A DNA stretch of 62,412 bases, the filler included, from Stramenopiles sp. TOSAG23-6 (lineage: Eukaryota): NCBI GenBank assembly GCA_900128565.1. It is 18 parts of 18 records of this genome, joined end to end, with 100 filler letters (N's around TTAATTAATTAA, not from the genome) between each part and the next. Parts side by side here need not be neighbours in the genome. Positions count along the whole stretch, not along the records: positions 31,308 to 34,679 come from LT637533.1; positions 34,780 to 38,151 come from LT637534.1; positions 38,252 to 41,623 come from LT637535.1; positions 41,724 to 45,095 come from LT637536.1; positions 45,196 to 48,561 come from LT637537.1; 13 more parts are not named here. One strand, written 5' to 3'. Of this stretch, positions 34,401 through 46,835 are shown one piece after another. The translations under genes were made by a program, and so were the position numbers. Each line of letters starts with the position of its first letter. Position 1 is the first letter of the stretch. The notes beneath the pieces were generated by a model. The model saw only the letters and a program-made list of their open reading frames with translations. It had not been told where the DNA came from and ran no database searches.

Positions 34401-34679
34401 ATACTATCATTCATATTTTCAATTTGAATGTGACGAATTTTCTTACGACTTTTCATATCTAATAAAGACACATTTTCTAGTACTTTTTTGTTAGGGTTAG
34501 GGCTAGGGTTAGGGTCTGTTGTATTCGGTGTAGGATTTGTTGTATTTTTTATTCTTGAAAGAAGTTTTTCAATTCCTTTACGAAACTTTTTTTTTGTTTT
34601 TGTATTTTTAAGATTCATTACATTATCAACATTATCAACATTATCAACATTATCAACATTATCAACATTTTTATCATCA
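31423..34679 (-). CDS. MSP(VAP)-domain STE11/MEKK-like Ser/Thr kinase (partial, multi-exon), copy 1
   Basis: MSP signature VAFKIKTTQPDRYLVRPAMGLIKPG; kinase motifs GQGQYGRV, MAMKEV, HRDVKGAN, DFGAS, GTPLWMAPE and DIWSVGCTVIEMATG after splicing. Confidence 0.9.
31675..31871 (-). other. Two abutting GT-AT intron units (31871-31776, 31775-31675) with no exon between them
   Basis: GGA T|GTAGGT..TACCTAAC..TTACAT|GTAGGT..TACCTAAC..AATACAT|GC ACT restores DIWSVGCTVIEM. Confidence 0.82.
33487..33596 (-). other. Non-canonical intron GT-AT within the MSP domain
   Basis: GCA AT|GTATGT...AAAATACAT|G GGT restores YLVRPAMGLI (compare VAP YCVRPNSGII). Confidence 0.85.
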
Positions 34680-34786
34680 NNNNNNNNNNNNNNNNNNNNN
34701 NNNNNNNNNNNNNNNNNNNNNNNTTAATTAATTAANNNNNNNNNNNNNNNNNNNNNNNNNNNNNNNNNNNNNNNNNNNNCAATATT

Positions 34787-34819
<33 letters not shown>

Positions 34820-34824
34820 GGGGA

Positions 34825-34879
<55 letters not shown>

Positions 34880-34894
34880 TTTTGCAATACCTAC

Positions 34895-37800
34895 ACATTC
34901 CCTTAATAGCTCACACGCATCTGCAGATAAACAAGAAGGAGGTATCGGAGGCGCGACTTTTTCCGATGCAATATGAAACATTGCAGTGATTGGATTTTCA
35001 AATTTCTTTTCATGCCATGGATGTATTTTGGAAAAATATTTCAAATTATTTTTTGTTAGGTACAAACTTTTTATAAAAAAAACATTCATACAAAAAAAAA
35101 ATAAAAAAACATACATTCTTTCCCGTTGCCATTTCAATTACAGTGCATGTATTGTGAAAAAAAAAATGTATGAAAAAAAAACGTTAGGTATGAAATATAT
35201 TACAAAAACAAAAATTGCAAAAAAAAATTGGAAAGAAAAAAACCTACATGTAATGTAGAAAAAATATTTTTTTTTNTAAAATTCGTTAGGTACAAAATTT
35301 CGTACGAAAAGCAAATTTAAAATTGAAAAAAAAAGAAACCTACATCCAACACTCCAAATATCAGCTTTAGGCCAATCAACATGCACGTCAATTTCATGAT
35401 TAAGATGTTTAAATACTTTCATTCCAGCAGTTGGAGATCTTGGACCTGGATTTATTTGCTGTTTTAAAGAGGCCGAACCCATCCGAATGACCTCTGGAGC
35501 CATCCATAATGGTGTCCCTAAAGGAAATTCAATTTGACCTGGTAAACCAAAACTTTCATTTTTACCAATTTCGAATTTATTTTTGAAACCAAAATTTTCA
35601 TTTTGATTTTTTGATGTATTTTTTACATGACTGATAGAATGATCATTTTTGTAATGTATTGAAGAATTTTTACGGAAACTTGAATATTTCCTTCGTTTTG
35701 GTGTCAATTCTTTTAAAGATTTACTTGCCTGTAGTATACGAAGAATATTAATTTTTTTTTGTTAGGTATGAAATTTTTACACGAAAAAAATAAAAAAAAA
35801 TAAATTTAAATTTAAATTTAAATTTAAAAAAAAAAATGGAATACAAAACATACACCAAAATCAGCAAGCTTTATGATACCTCTATTACTAATTAATATAT
35901 TAGCACCTTTTACATCTCGATGTGCTATACCATGATTATGTAAATATTGCAAACCTTTAATGATTTGTCTTGTGTAGCATTTTAATGCCTTTTCTGGCAA
36001 ACCTGTAGGAAATTTTTTCAGTAAATCATGAACAGAGCCTCCTGGTAAATATTCCATAAAAATACGCAACGCCCATCCACAGGTAAGAGAACCATGAGTC
36101 ATTGGGCTTGGCGTCCGAGTCCAATCTAAACCCTTTCGTGGAATTGATGTNTTGNGAANATATATATATANANTTTNTNTTGGTAAATAAAACTCGTTTG
36201 GTACATGATGTACTACAAAAATAAACAATACGTTGAAAAAATATATATATAGGAGAATACACCTACATGGACTTCTAATACGTTGTAATTGTGACGGCAT
36301 TACTCCTCCTGGTAAAGGTTGTCGCTCTGTAGCAAAATAGTGCACAATATTCTCATTGGATAAAGCACGCATTAATGAAATTTCATCTTGAAGAGTTACC
36401 AATTCGCCAGGTCTTGCTAAAGCGGCATCTAGGGATGTGACTTCTATCGGAGGTAACTCAACTTCTTTCATAGCCATAACTTGTCCATTATCGAGATTTG
36501 TTACAACAAAGACTCTACCATATTGACCTTGACCAATACATTTGCCGCGTCTCCAACGGAAAGGTGCTGGTTGAACCCATGACTTTTCATGTGGACTCAA
36601 ATGCCGTTTCGGTGGTGTGATGACGCGAAAATTATTATCTTCTTTCAGAATTTCTGTACTCATTAAACCTTCTGTTGAATCAATATCTTCACTATCATCA
36701 GACACGACAACTTTACGAAAAAAATTTGAAATTAATTTACGTTTCATTGTCTTTCTTCTCCATCGAGGTGTTGTCCATAAAACTGATAATTCTTTAAGAT
36801 CATCTTGAGTAGATAAATCTATTTGTTCAACAACTGCACTTTGTACTAAAAATTTATCTGGTTTAGCATTTATGTCTTCTCTGTCTAGTAATTGTCTAAC
36901 TTCTTGTTTTCGTATAATAAATTGAACATCTGTCCATTTACCTGGTTTTATAAGACCCATGTATTTTGGAAAAATATTTTGAAAAAAAAAAATTGAAAAA
37001 TTTGTTAGGTACAAAATTTCGTACGAAAAAAAAATTTGAATTTCAAATTTAAAAAAAAAAAAACATACATTGCTGGTCTAACTAAATATCGATCTGGTTG
37101 TGTTGTTTTTATCTTAAATGCCACGGATTCTAAGGGTAGTGAATTTTCTAATAAAAGCTGACCAAGTGCACTTTGTGCTGTGTCTAAAGCAAAATCTATT
37201 TCATCTCTTGGTGTGCATCGTAATCTGTACTTTGGGAAAATATTTTAAAAAAAAAAGTGTTTGTTTAAGCAAAATGTTTTTTTTTTTTAATATATATATA
37301 TAGCAAAACAATCAAAAATAAATGATGAAATAAAAACATACGCTTTTCTATGACGCATATCGATGACAGCACTATTTGTTTTCTTTGAACGAATTCCATG
37401 GCGATTATTTTCACGTAATTTTTTATTACTTTGTGTACATATTTTGTGAAAAAATATTTTTTTTTTTTTTTNTAAAATTTGTTATTTTTGTTAGGTACGA
37501 AATTTCGTATGAAAAAAAAATTGAAAAAAATTGGAAAAAATTGATAAAAAATTGAAAAAAAAAACATACCACTTTGTTTTTGAATAGTCATTTGTAAAGA
37601 AGCAACAGAACTGTTACCAGGAAATGAAGGTAATGACTTACCAGGTGAAAAAATATTTGTGTTTTTCGTGTATGGAGATCCAATAGGCGTACCATAAGGA
37701 GTTAAAGGTTGAATTTTAAATTTATTTGGCATTGGACAATTTTGTGAAAAATATTTCATTTTTTTTAGGGTTAGTGGTTTAGTGGGTTAGGGTTAGGATT

Positions 37801-38151
37801 TGGAAAAAAAAAATGAAATTCATTAGGGTTAGGGTTAACACATACGATCCTCTTGGCGTACTATAAGGACTAATACTATCATTCATATTTTCAATTTGAA
37901 TGTGACGAATTTTCTTACGACTTTTCATATCTAATAAAGACACATTTTCTAGTACTTTTTTGTTAGGGTTAGGGCTAGGGTTAGGGTCTGTTGTATTCGG
38001 TGTAGGATTTGTTGTATTTTTTATTCTTGAAAGAAGTTTTTCAATTCCTTTACGAAACTTTTTTTTTGTTTTTGTATTTTTAAGATTCATTACATTATCA
38101 ACATTATCAACATTATCAACATTATCAACATTATCAACATTTTTATCATCA
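34895..38151 (-). CDS. MSP-domain MEKK-like kinase, redundant contig copy 2
   Basis: Same sequence as copy 1 at offset 3472, apart from resolved Ns. Confidence 0.85.
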
Positions 38152-38258
38152 NNNNNNNNNNNNNNNNNNNNNNNNNNNNNNNNNNNNNNNNNNNNTTAAT
38201 TAATTAANNNNNNNNNNNNNNNNNNNNNNNNNNNNNNNNNNNNNNNNNNNNCAATATT

Positions 38259-38291
<33 letters not shown>

Positions 38292-38296
38292 GGGGA

Positions 38297-38351
<55 letters not shown>

Positions 38352-38366
38352 TTTTGCAATACCTAC

Positions 38367-41300
38367 ACATTCCCTTAATAGCTCACACGCATCTGCAGAT
38401 AAACAAGAAGGAGGTATCGGAGGCGCGACTTTTTCCGATGCAATATGAAACATTGCAGTGATTGGATTTTCAAATTTCTTTTCATGCCATGGATGTATTT
38501 TGGAAAAATATTTCAAATTATTTTTTGTTAGGTACAAACTTTTTATAAAAAAAACATTCATACAAAAAAAAAATAAAAAAACATACATTCTTTCCCGTTG
38601 CCATTTCAATTACAGTGCATGTATTGTGAAAAAAAAAATGTATGAAAAAAAAACGTTAGGTATGAAATATATTACAAAAACAAAAATTGCAAAAAAAAAT
38701 TGGAAAGAAAAAAACCTACATGTAATGTAGAAAAANTATTTTTTTTTNTAAAATTCGTTAGGTACAAAATTTCGTACGAAAAGCAAATTTAAAATTGAAA
38801 AAAAAAGAAACCTACATCCAACACTCCAAATATCAGCTTTAGGCCAATCAACATGCACGTCAATTTCATGATTAAGATGTTTAAATACTTTCATTCCAGC
38901 AGTTGGAGATCTTGGACCTGGATTTATTTGCTGTTTTAAAGAGGCCGAACCCATCCGAATGACCTCTGGAGCCATCCATAATGGTGTCCCTAAAGGAAAT
39001 TCAATTTGACCTGGTAAACCAAAACTTTCATTTTTACCAATTTCGAATTTATTTTTGAAACCAAAATTTTCATTTTGATTTTTTGATGTATTTTTTACAT
39101 GACTGATAGAATGATCATTTTTGTAATGTATTGAAGAATTTTTACGGAAACTTGAATATTTCCTTCGTTTTGGTGTCAATTCTTTTAAAGATTTACTTGC
39201 CTGTAGTATACGAAGAATATTAATTTTTTTTTGTTAGGTATGAAATTTTTACACGAAAAAAATAAAAAAAAATAAATTTAAATTTAAATTTAAATTTAAA
39301 AAAAAAAATGGAATACAAAACATACACCAAAATCAGCAAGCTTTATGATACCTCTATTACTAATTAATATATTAGCACCTTTTACATCTCGATGTGCTAT
39401 ACCATGATTATGTAAATATTGCAAACCTTTAATGATTTGTCTTGTGTAGCATTTTAATGCCTTTTCTGGCAAACCTGTAGGAAATTTTTTCAGTAAATCA
39501 TGAACAGAGCCTCCTGGTAAATATTCCATAAAAATACGCAACGCCCATCCACAGGTAAGAGAACCATGAGTCATTGGGCTTGGCGTCCGAGTCCAATCTA
39601 AACCCTTTCGTGGAATTGATGTNTTGNGAANATATATATATANANTTTNTNTTGGTAAATAAAACTCGTTTGGTACATGATGTACTACAAAAATAAACAA
39701 TACGTTGAAAAAATATATATATAGGAGAATACACCTACATGGACTTCTAATACGTTGTAATTGTGACGGCATTACTCCTCCTGGTAAAGGTTGTCGCTCT
39801 GTAGCAAAATAGTGCACAATATTCTCATTGGATAAAGCACGCATTAATGAAATTTCATCTTGAAGAGTTACCAATTCGCCAGGTCTTGCTAAAGCGGCAT
39901 CTAGGGATGTGACTTCTATCGGAGGTAACTCAACTTCTTTCATAGCCATAACTTGTCCATTATCGAGATTTGTTACAACAAAGACTCTACCATATTGACC
40001 TTGACCAATACATTTGCCGCGTCTCCAACGGAAAGGTGCTGGTTGAACCCATGACTTTTCATGTGGACTCAAATGCCGTTTCGGTGGTGTGATGACGCGA
40101 AAATTATTATCTTCTTTCAGAATTTCTGTACTCATTAAACCTTCTGTTGAATCAATATCTTCACTATCATCAGACACGACAACTTTACGAAAAAAATTTG
40201 AAATTAATTTACGTTTCATTGTCTTTCTTCTCCATCGAGGTGTTGTCCATAAAACTGATAATTCTTTAAGATCATCTTGAGTAGATAAATCTATTTGTTC
40301 AACAACTGCACTTTGTACTAAAAATTTATCTGGTTTAGCATTTATGTCTTCTCTGTCTAGTAATTGTCTAACTTCTTGTTTTCGTATAATAAATTGAACA
40401 TCTGTCCATTTACCTGGTTTTATAAGACCCATGTATTTTGGAAAAATATTTTGAAAAAAAAAAATTGAAAAATTTGTTAGGTACAAAATTTCGTACGAAA
40501 AAAAAATTTGAATTTCAAATTTAAAAAAAAAAAAANATACATTGCTGGTCTAACTAAATATCGATCTGGTTGTGTTGTTTTTATCTTAAATGCCACGGAT
40601 TCTAAGGGTAGTGAATTTTCTAATAAAAGCTGACCAAGTGCACTTTGTGCTGTGTCTAAAGCAAAATCTATTTCATCTCTTGGTGTGCATCGTAATCTGT
40701 ACTTTGGGAAAATATTTTAAAAAAAAAAGTGTTTGTTTAAGCAAAATNTTTTTTTTTTTTAATATATATATATAGCAAAACAATCAAAAATAAATGATGA
40801 AATAAAAACATACGCTTTTCTATGACGCATATCGATGACAGCACTATTTGTTTTCTTTGAACGAATTCCATGGCGATTATTTTCACGTAATTTTTTATTA
40901 CTTTGTGTACATATTTTNTGAAAAAATATTTTTTTTTTTTTTTNTAAAATTTGTTATTTTTGTTAGGTACGAAATTTCGTATGAAAAAAAAATTGAAAAA
41001 AATTGGAAAAAATTGATAAAAAATTGAAAAAAAAAACATACCACTTTGTTTTTGAATAGTCATTTGTAAAGAAGCAACAGAACTGTTACCAGGAAATGAA
41101 GGTAATGACTTACCAGGTGAAAAAATATTTGTGTTTTTCGTGTATGGAGATCCAATAGGCGTACCATAAGGAGTTAAAGGTTGAATTTTAAATTTATTTG
41201 GCATTGGACAATTTTGTGAAAAATATTTCATTTTTTTTAGGGTTAGTGGTTTAGTGGGTTAGGGTTAGGATTTGGAAAAAAAAAATGAAATTCATTAGGG

Positions 41301-41623
41301 TTAGGGTTAACACATACGATCCTCTTGGCGTACTATAAGGACTAATACTATCATTCATATTTTCAATTTGAATGTGACGAATTTTCTTACGACTTTTCAT
41401 ATCTAATAAAGACACATTTTCTAGTACTTTTTTGTTAGGGTTAGGGCTAGGGTTAGGGTCTGTTGTATTCGGTGTAGGATTTGTTGTATTTTTTATTCTT
41501 GAAAGAAGTTTTTCAATTCCTTTACGAAACTTTTTTTTTGTTTTTGTATTTTTAAGATTCATTACATTATCAACATTATCAACATTATCAACATTATCAA
41601 CATTATCAACATTTTTATCATCA
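38367..41623 (-). CDS. MSP-domain MEKK-like kinase, redundant contig copy 3
   Basis: Same sequence as copy 1 at offset 6944. Confidence 0.85.
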
Positions 41624-41730
41624 NNNNNNNNNNNNNNNNNNNNNNNNNNNNNNNNNNNNNNNNNNNNTTAATTAATTAANNNNNNNNNNNNNNNNNNNNN
41701 NNNNNNNNNNNNNNNNNNNNNNNCAATATT

Positions 41731-41763
<33 letters not shown>

Positions 41764-41768
41764 GGGGA

Positions 41769-41823
<55 letters not shown>

Positions 41824-41838
41824 TTTTGCAATACCTAC

Positions 41839-44800
41839 ACATTCCCTTAATAGCTCACACGCATCTGCAGATAAACAAGAAGGAGGTATCGGAGGCGCGA
41901 CTTTTTCCGATGCAATATGAAACATTGCAGTGATTGGATTTTCAAATTTCTTTTCATGCCATGGATGTATTTTGGAAAAATATTTCAAATTATTTTTTGT
42001 TAGGTACAAACTTTTTATAAAAAAAACATTCATACAAAAAAAAAATAAAAAAACATACATTCTTTCCCGTTGCCATTTCAATTACAGTGCATGTATTGTG
42101 AAAAAAAAAATGTATGAAAAAAAAACGTTAGGTATGAAATATATTACAAAAACAAAAATTGCAAAAAAAAATTGGAAAGAAAAAAACCTACATGTAATGT
42201 AGAAAAANTATTTTTTTTTNTAAAATTCGTTAGGTACAAAATTTCGTACGAAAAGCAAATTTAAAATTGAAAAAAAAAGAAACCTACATCCAACACTCCA
42301 AATATCAGCTTTAGGCCAATCAACATGCACGTCAATTTCATGATTAAGATGTTTAAATACTTTCATTCCAGCAGTTGGAGATCTTGGACCTGGATTTATT
42401 TGCTGTTTTAAAGAGGCCGAACCCATCCGAATGACCTCTGGAGCCATCCATAATGGTGTCCCTAAAGGAAATTCAATTTGACCTGGTAAACCAAAACTTT
42501 CATTTTTACCAATTTCGAATTTATTTTTGAAACCAAAATTTTCATTTTGATTTTTTGATGTATTTTTTACATGACTGATAGAATGATCATTTTTGTAATG
42601 TATTGAAGAATTTTTACGGAAACTTGAATATTTCCTTCGTTTTGGTGTCAATTCTTTTAAAGATTTACTTGCCTGTAGTATACGAAGAATATTAATTTTT
42701 TTTTGTTAGGTATGAAATTTTTACACGAAAAAAATAAAAAAAAATAAATTTAAATTTAAATTTAAATTTAAAAAAAAAAATGGAATACAAAACATACACC
42801 AAAATCAGCAAGCTTTATGATACCTCTATTACTAATTAATATATTAGCACCTTTTACATCTCGATGTGCTATACCATGATTATGTAAATATTGCAAACCT
42901 TTAATGATTTGTCTTGTGTAGCATTTTAATGCCTTTTCTGGCAAACCTGTAGGAAATTTTTTCAGTAAATCATGAACAGAGCCTCCTGGTAAATATTCCA
43001 TAAAAATACGCAACGCCCATCCACAGGTAAGAGAACCATGAGTCATTGGGCTTGGCGTCCGAGTCCAATCTAAACCCTTTCGTGGAATTGATGTNTTGNG
43101 AANATATATATATANANTTTNTNTTGGTAAATAAAACTCGTTTGGTACATGATGTACTACAAAAATAAACAATACGTTGAAAAAATATATATATAGGAGA
43201 ATACACCTACATGGACTTCTAATACGTTGTAATTGTGACGGCATTACTCCTCCTGGTAAAGGTTGTCGCTCTGTAGCAAAATAGTGCACAATATTCTCAT
43301 TGGATAAAGCACGCATTAATGAAATTTCATCTTGAAGAGTTACCAATTCGCCAGGTCTTGCTAAAGCGGCATCTAGGGATGTGACTTCTATCGGAGGTAA
43401 CTCAACTTCTTTCATAGCCATAACTTGTCCATTATCGAGATTTGTTACAACAAAGACTCTACCATATTGACCTTGACCAATACATTTGCCGCGTCTCCAA
43501 CGGAAAGGTGCTGGTTGAACCCATGACTTTTCATGTGGACTCAAATGCCGTTTCGGTGGTGTGATGACGCGAAAATTATTATCTTCTTTCAGAATTTCTG
43601 TACTCATTAAACCTTCTGTTGAATCAATATCTTCACTATCATCAGACACGACAACTTTACGAAAAAAATTTGAAATTAATTTACGTTTCATTGTCTTTCT
43701 TCTCCATCGAGGTGTTGTCCATAAAACTGATAATTCTTTAAGATCATCTTGAGTAGATAAATCTATTTGTTCAACAACTGCACTTTGTACTAAAAATTTA
43801 TCTGGTTTAGCATTTATGTCTTCTCTGTCTAGTAATTGTCTAACTTCTTGTTTTCGTATAATAAATTGAACATCTGTCCATTTACCTGGTTTTATAAGAC
43901 CCATGTATTTTGGAAAAATATTTTGAAAAAAAAAAATTGAAAAATTTGTTAGGTACAAAATTTCGTACGAAAAAAAAATTTGAATTTCAAATTTAAAAAA
44001 AAAAAAANATACATTGCTGGTCTAACTAAATATCGATCTGGTTGTGTTGTTTTTATCTTAAATGCCACGGATTCTAAGGGTAGTGAATTTTCTAATAAAA
44101 GCTGACCAAGTGCACTTTGTGCTGTGTCTAAAGCAAAATCTATTTCATCTCTTGGTGTGCATCGTAATCTGTACTTTGGGAAAATATTTTAAAAAAAAAA
44201 GTGTTTGTTTAAGCAAAATNTTTTTTTTTTTTAATATATATATATAGCAAAACAATCAAAAATAAATGATGAAATAAAAACATACGCTTTTCTATGACGC
44301 ATATCGATGACAGCACTATTTGTTTTCTTTGAACGAATTCCATGGCGATTATTTTCACGTAATTTTTTATTACTTTGTGTACATATTTTNTGAAAAAATA
44401 TTTTTTTTTTTTTTTNTAAAATTTGTTATTTTTGTTAGGTACGAAATTTCGTATGAAAAAAAAATTGAAAAAAATTGGAAAAAATTGATAAAAAATTGAA
44501 AAAAAAAACATACCACTTTGTTTTTGAATAGTCATTTGTAAAGAAGCAACAGAACTGTTACCAGGAAATGAAGGTAATGACTTACCAGGTGAAAAAATAT
44601 TTGTGTTTTTCGTGTATGGAGATCCAATAGGCGTACCATAAGGAGTTAAAGGTTGAATTTTAAATTTATTTGGCATTGGACAATTTTGTGAAAAATATTT
44701 CATTTTTTTTAGGGTTAGTGGTTTAGTGGGTTAGGGTTAGGATTTGGAAAAAAAAAATGAAATTCATTAGGGTTAGGGTTAACACATACGATCCTCTTGG

Positions 44801-45095
44801 CGTACTATAAGGACTAATACTATCATTCATATTTTCAATTTGAATGTGACGAATTTTCTTACGACTTTTCATATCTAATAAAGACACATTTTCTAGTACT
44901 TTTTTGTTAGGGTTAGGGCTAGGGTTAGGGTCTGTTGTATTCGGTGTAGGATTTGTTGTATTTTTTATTCTTGAAAGAAGTTTTTCAATTCCTTTACGAA
45001 ACTTTTTTTTTGTTTTTGTATTTTTAAGATTCATTACATTATCAACATTATCAACATTATCAACATTATCAACATTATCAACATTTTTATCATCA
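41839..45095 (-). CDS. MSP-domain MEKK-like kinase, redundant contig copy 4
   Basis: Same sequence as copy 1 at offset 10416. Confidence 0.85.
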
Positions 45096-45195
45096 NNNNN
45101 NNNNNNNNNNNNNNNNNNNNNNNNNNNNNNNNNNNNNNNTTAATTAATTAANNNNNNNNNNNNNNNNNNNNNNNNNNNNNNNNNNNNNNNNNNNN

Positions 45196-46494
45196 ATGGT
45201 CGTTAATGTCTTTCCAAATATTGTNAAAAAATATTTTTTTTTTTTGGTTAAAAAAAACAAAAAAAACGTTAGGTACAACATTTGGTACGAAAAAATGTAG
45301 GTAAAACATTCAATTTTGAAAATGTACAAGTCCCATCTCATCGGCTAAGATGGCACCTTGCCCCATATATTCTTTTACACCGCTCAGACATTCCCAAAGA
45401 AATTGAACATATTGTAAAAAAATATTTCAAAAATTAAAATTTTGTTAGGTACAAAATTTTATACGAAAAAAAAAATATTTCAAAAAAAAAATTAAAATTT
45501 TCTTAGGTACAAAATTTCATACGAAAAAAACAATTCGAAATTGAAAAGAAAACATACACACCTTCTATTTGATGTTGTTGTAAAATGTTTGATAGCCGAT
45601 ATTCAAGAATTGCACATTTTCCATTTTTCTCAAATAATTTACCTTTTGAGGGCGTGTAATTTGCTTTTGTACAATGAATGCTTCCTAGTCCTGGATTTCT
45701 ATTNATATTGTTTTTTCTTTTGTGTGGTGTTGTGACACTGGTGTCTGTAGTTGCGAGAGTGTGAGAAAGTACAAAAAAATCGTTAGGTACAAAGTTTCGT
45801 ACGAAAAATAAAAACATAAATTGAAAAAAAAAATAAATTGCGAAATTCATGATGAAAGTGTACTTTTGTTAGGAAATGGATTTTGAAACTTGCGATTAAA
45901 ATTAGATGTGTTTTTAATTTTCCCCACATTATTGTTATGAGAAGTATTCACATAATTTCCAATAAAAAACTTGCCACTGTTGAACTCTTCATCGGGTACT
46001 TGTCGAACGACTTCGGTTTCCCAATTTCCAACACCTAGAGTTTCACCTTCTTTCATTAGTTGAAATTTGAAACGAGTGACGGCCACACTTTTCCCATTCA
46101 TATTCCGCAGTTCAGCACGATTCTTTGAATTCAAAATAAGAACACCGTCCATGTATGTCTTATGCTTCTTTTTAGAATATTTACAGTACAATACCTCATA
46201 GTATTTCTTGACAACTGGAGCACTAGTAATCTTGTTTATTGTACCATTTGATTTAGTCATACTCGGCGGAACAAATTTGCTTCGCTTTCTACTCACACGT
46301 TTTAATATTGTCTTGGNTTCAGAAANAATTGTAGTGTGAGTGGTTTTCGTGTTGGTACTTCTATTTTCTTTCGAGCAAGCTGTAGAAGATACATTTTTAG
46401 NTGCTTGTACAACATTTGGATTTGAAANTCTTGGTGCCTGAAATGTACTTCGTGATCTACCAAAGCGGCGTCTTTTTAGACCAGATGGATTCAT
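45196..46494 (-). CDS. RAD54B: RAD54B-like SNF2 DNA translocase, N-terminal part (exons 46494-45864, 45744-45558, 45406-45328, 45215-45196)
   Basis: N-terminal KKKHKTYMDGVLIL motif; splicing restores LQQHQIEGVQFLWEC and SNF2 motif I GAILADEMGLGKTL. Exon phases 1/2/0 are mutually consistent. Confidence 0.8.
45216..45327 (-). other. Non-canonical intron GT-TT inside the SNF2 Walker A motif
   Basis: CTT|GTACAT...TACCTAAC...ACAATATTT|GGA AAG restores DEMGL|GKT. Confidence 0.88.
45407..45557 (-). other. Non-canonical intron GT-GT (equivalently GT-AT if slid 2 nt)
   Basis: GGT GT|GTATGT...ACAATATGT|T CAA restores HQIEGVQFLW. Confidence 0.8.
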
Positions 46495-46835
46495 TGATTT
46501 ATACTAATATATATTGTGCTCATTCATTCGATCACTTTAAGAATCGGATCTGATTTCATCACATGACATTGTATCAACATTGTAAATAGATAAAGCAAAT
46601 GACATTGTAGAGAGAGAGAATCAGAGAGTTTTGAATCAAATCTGACTGACAAAAAAATGAGATTTCGTGTTGTAGCGCTGAGAGTTGACTTGCAATGCCA
46701 TCAATATCGGCCACGTTCATCATACTACGAAGAAACCATGCACGCGTGTNTTNCNTNCAGTAGAATGATGTGTAATGTATTATGCACAANTTTNCCCGTT
46801 ATACGCATATAATTAATATAAATTAAGCGTATGAG

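Noticed and set aside
31308-45095. Apparent 4x tandem array of the kinase locus (also 2x for 45196-52027)
   Set aside because: Each copy is a separate contig of identical length and ends, differing only in N calls and separated by artificial spacers. This is assembly redundancy, not evidence of tandem amplification.
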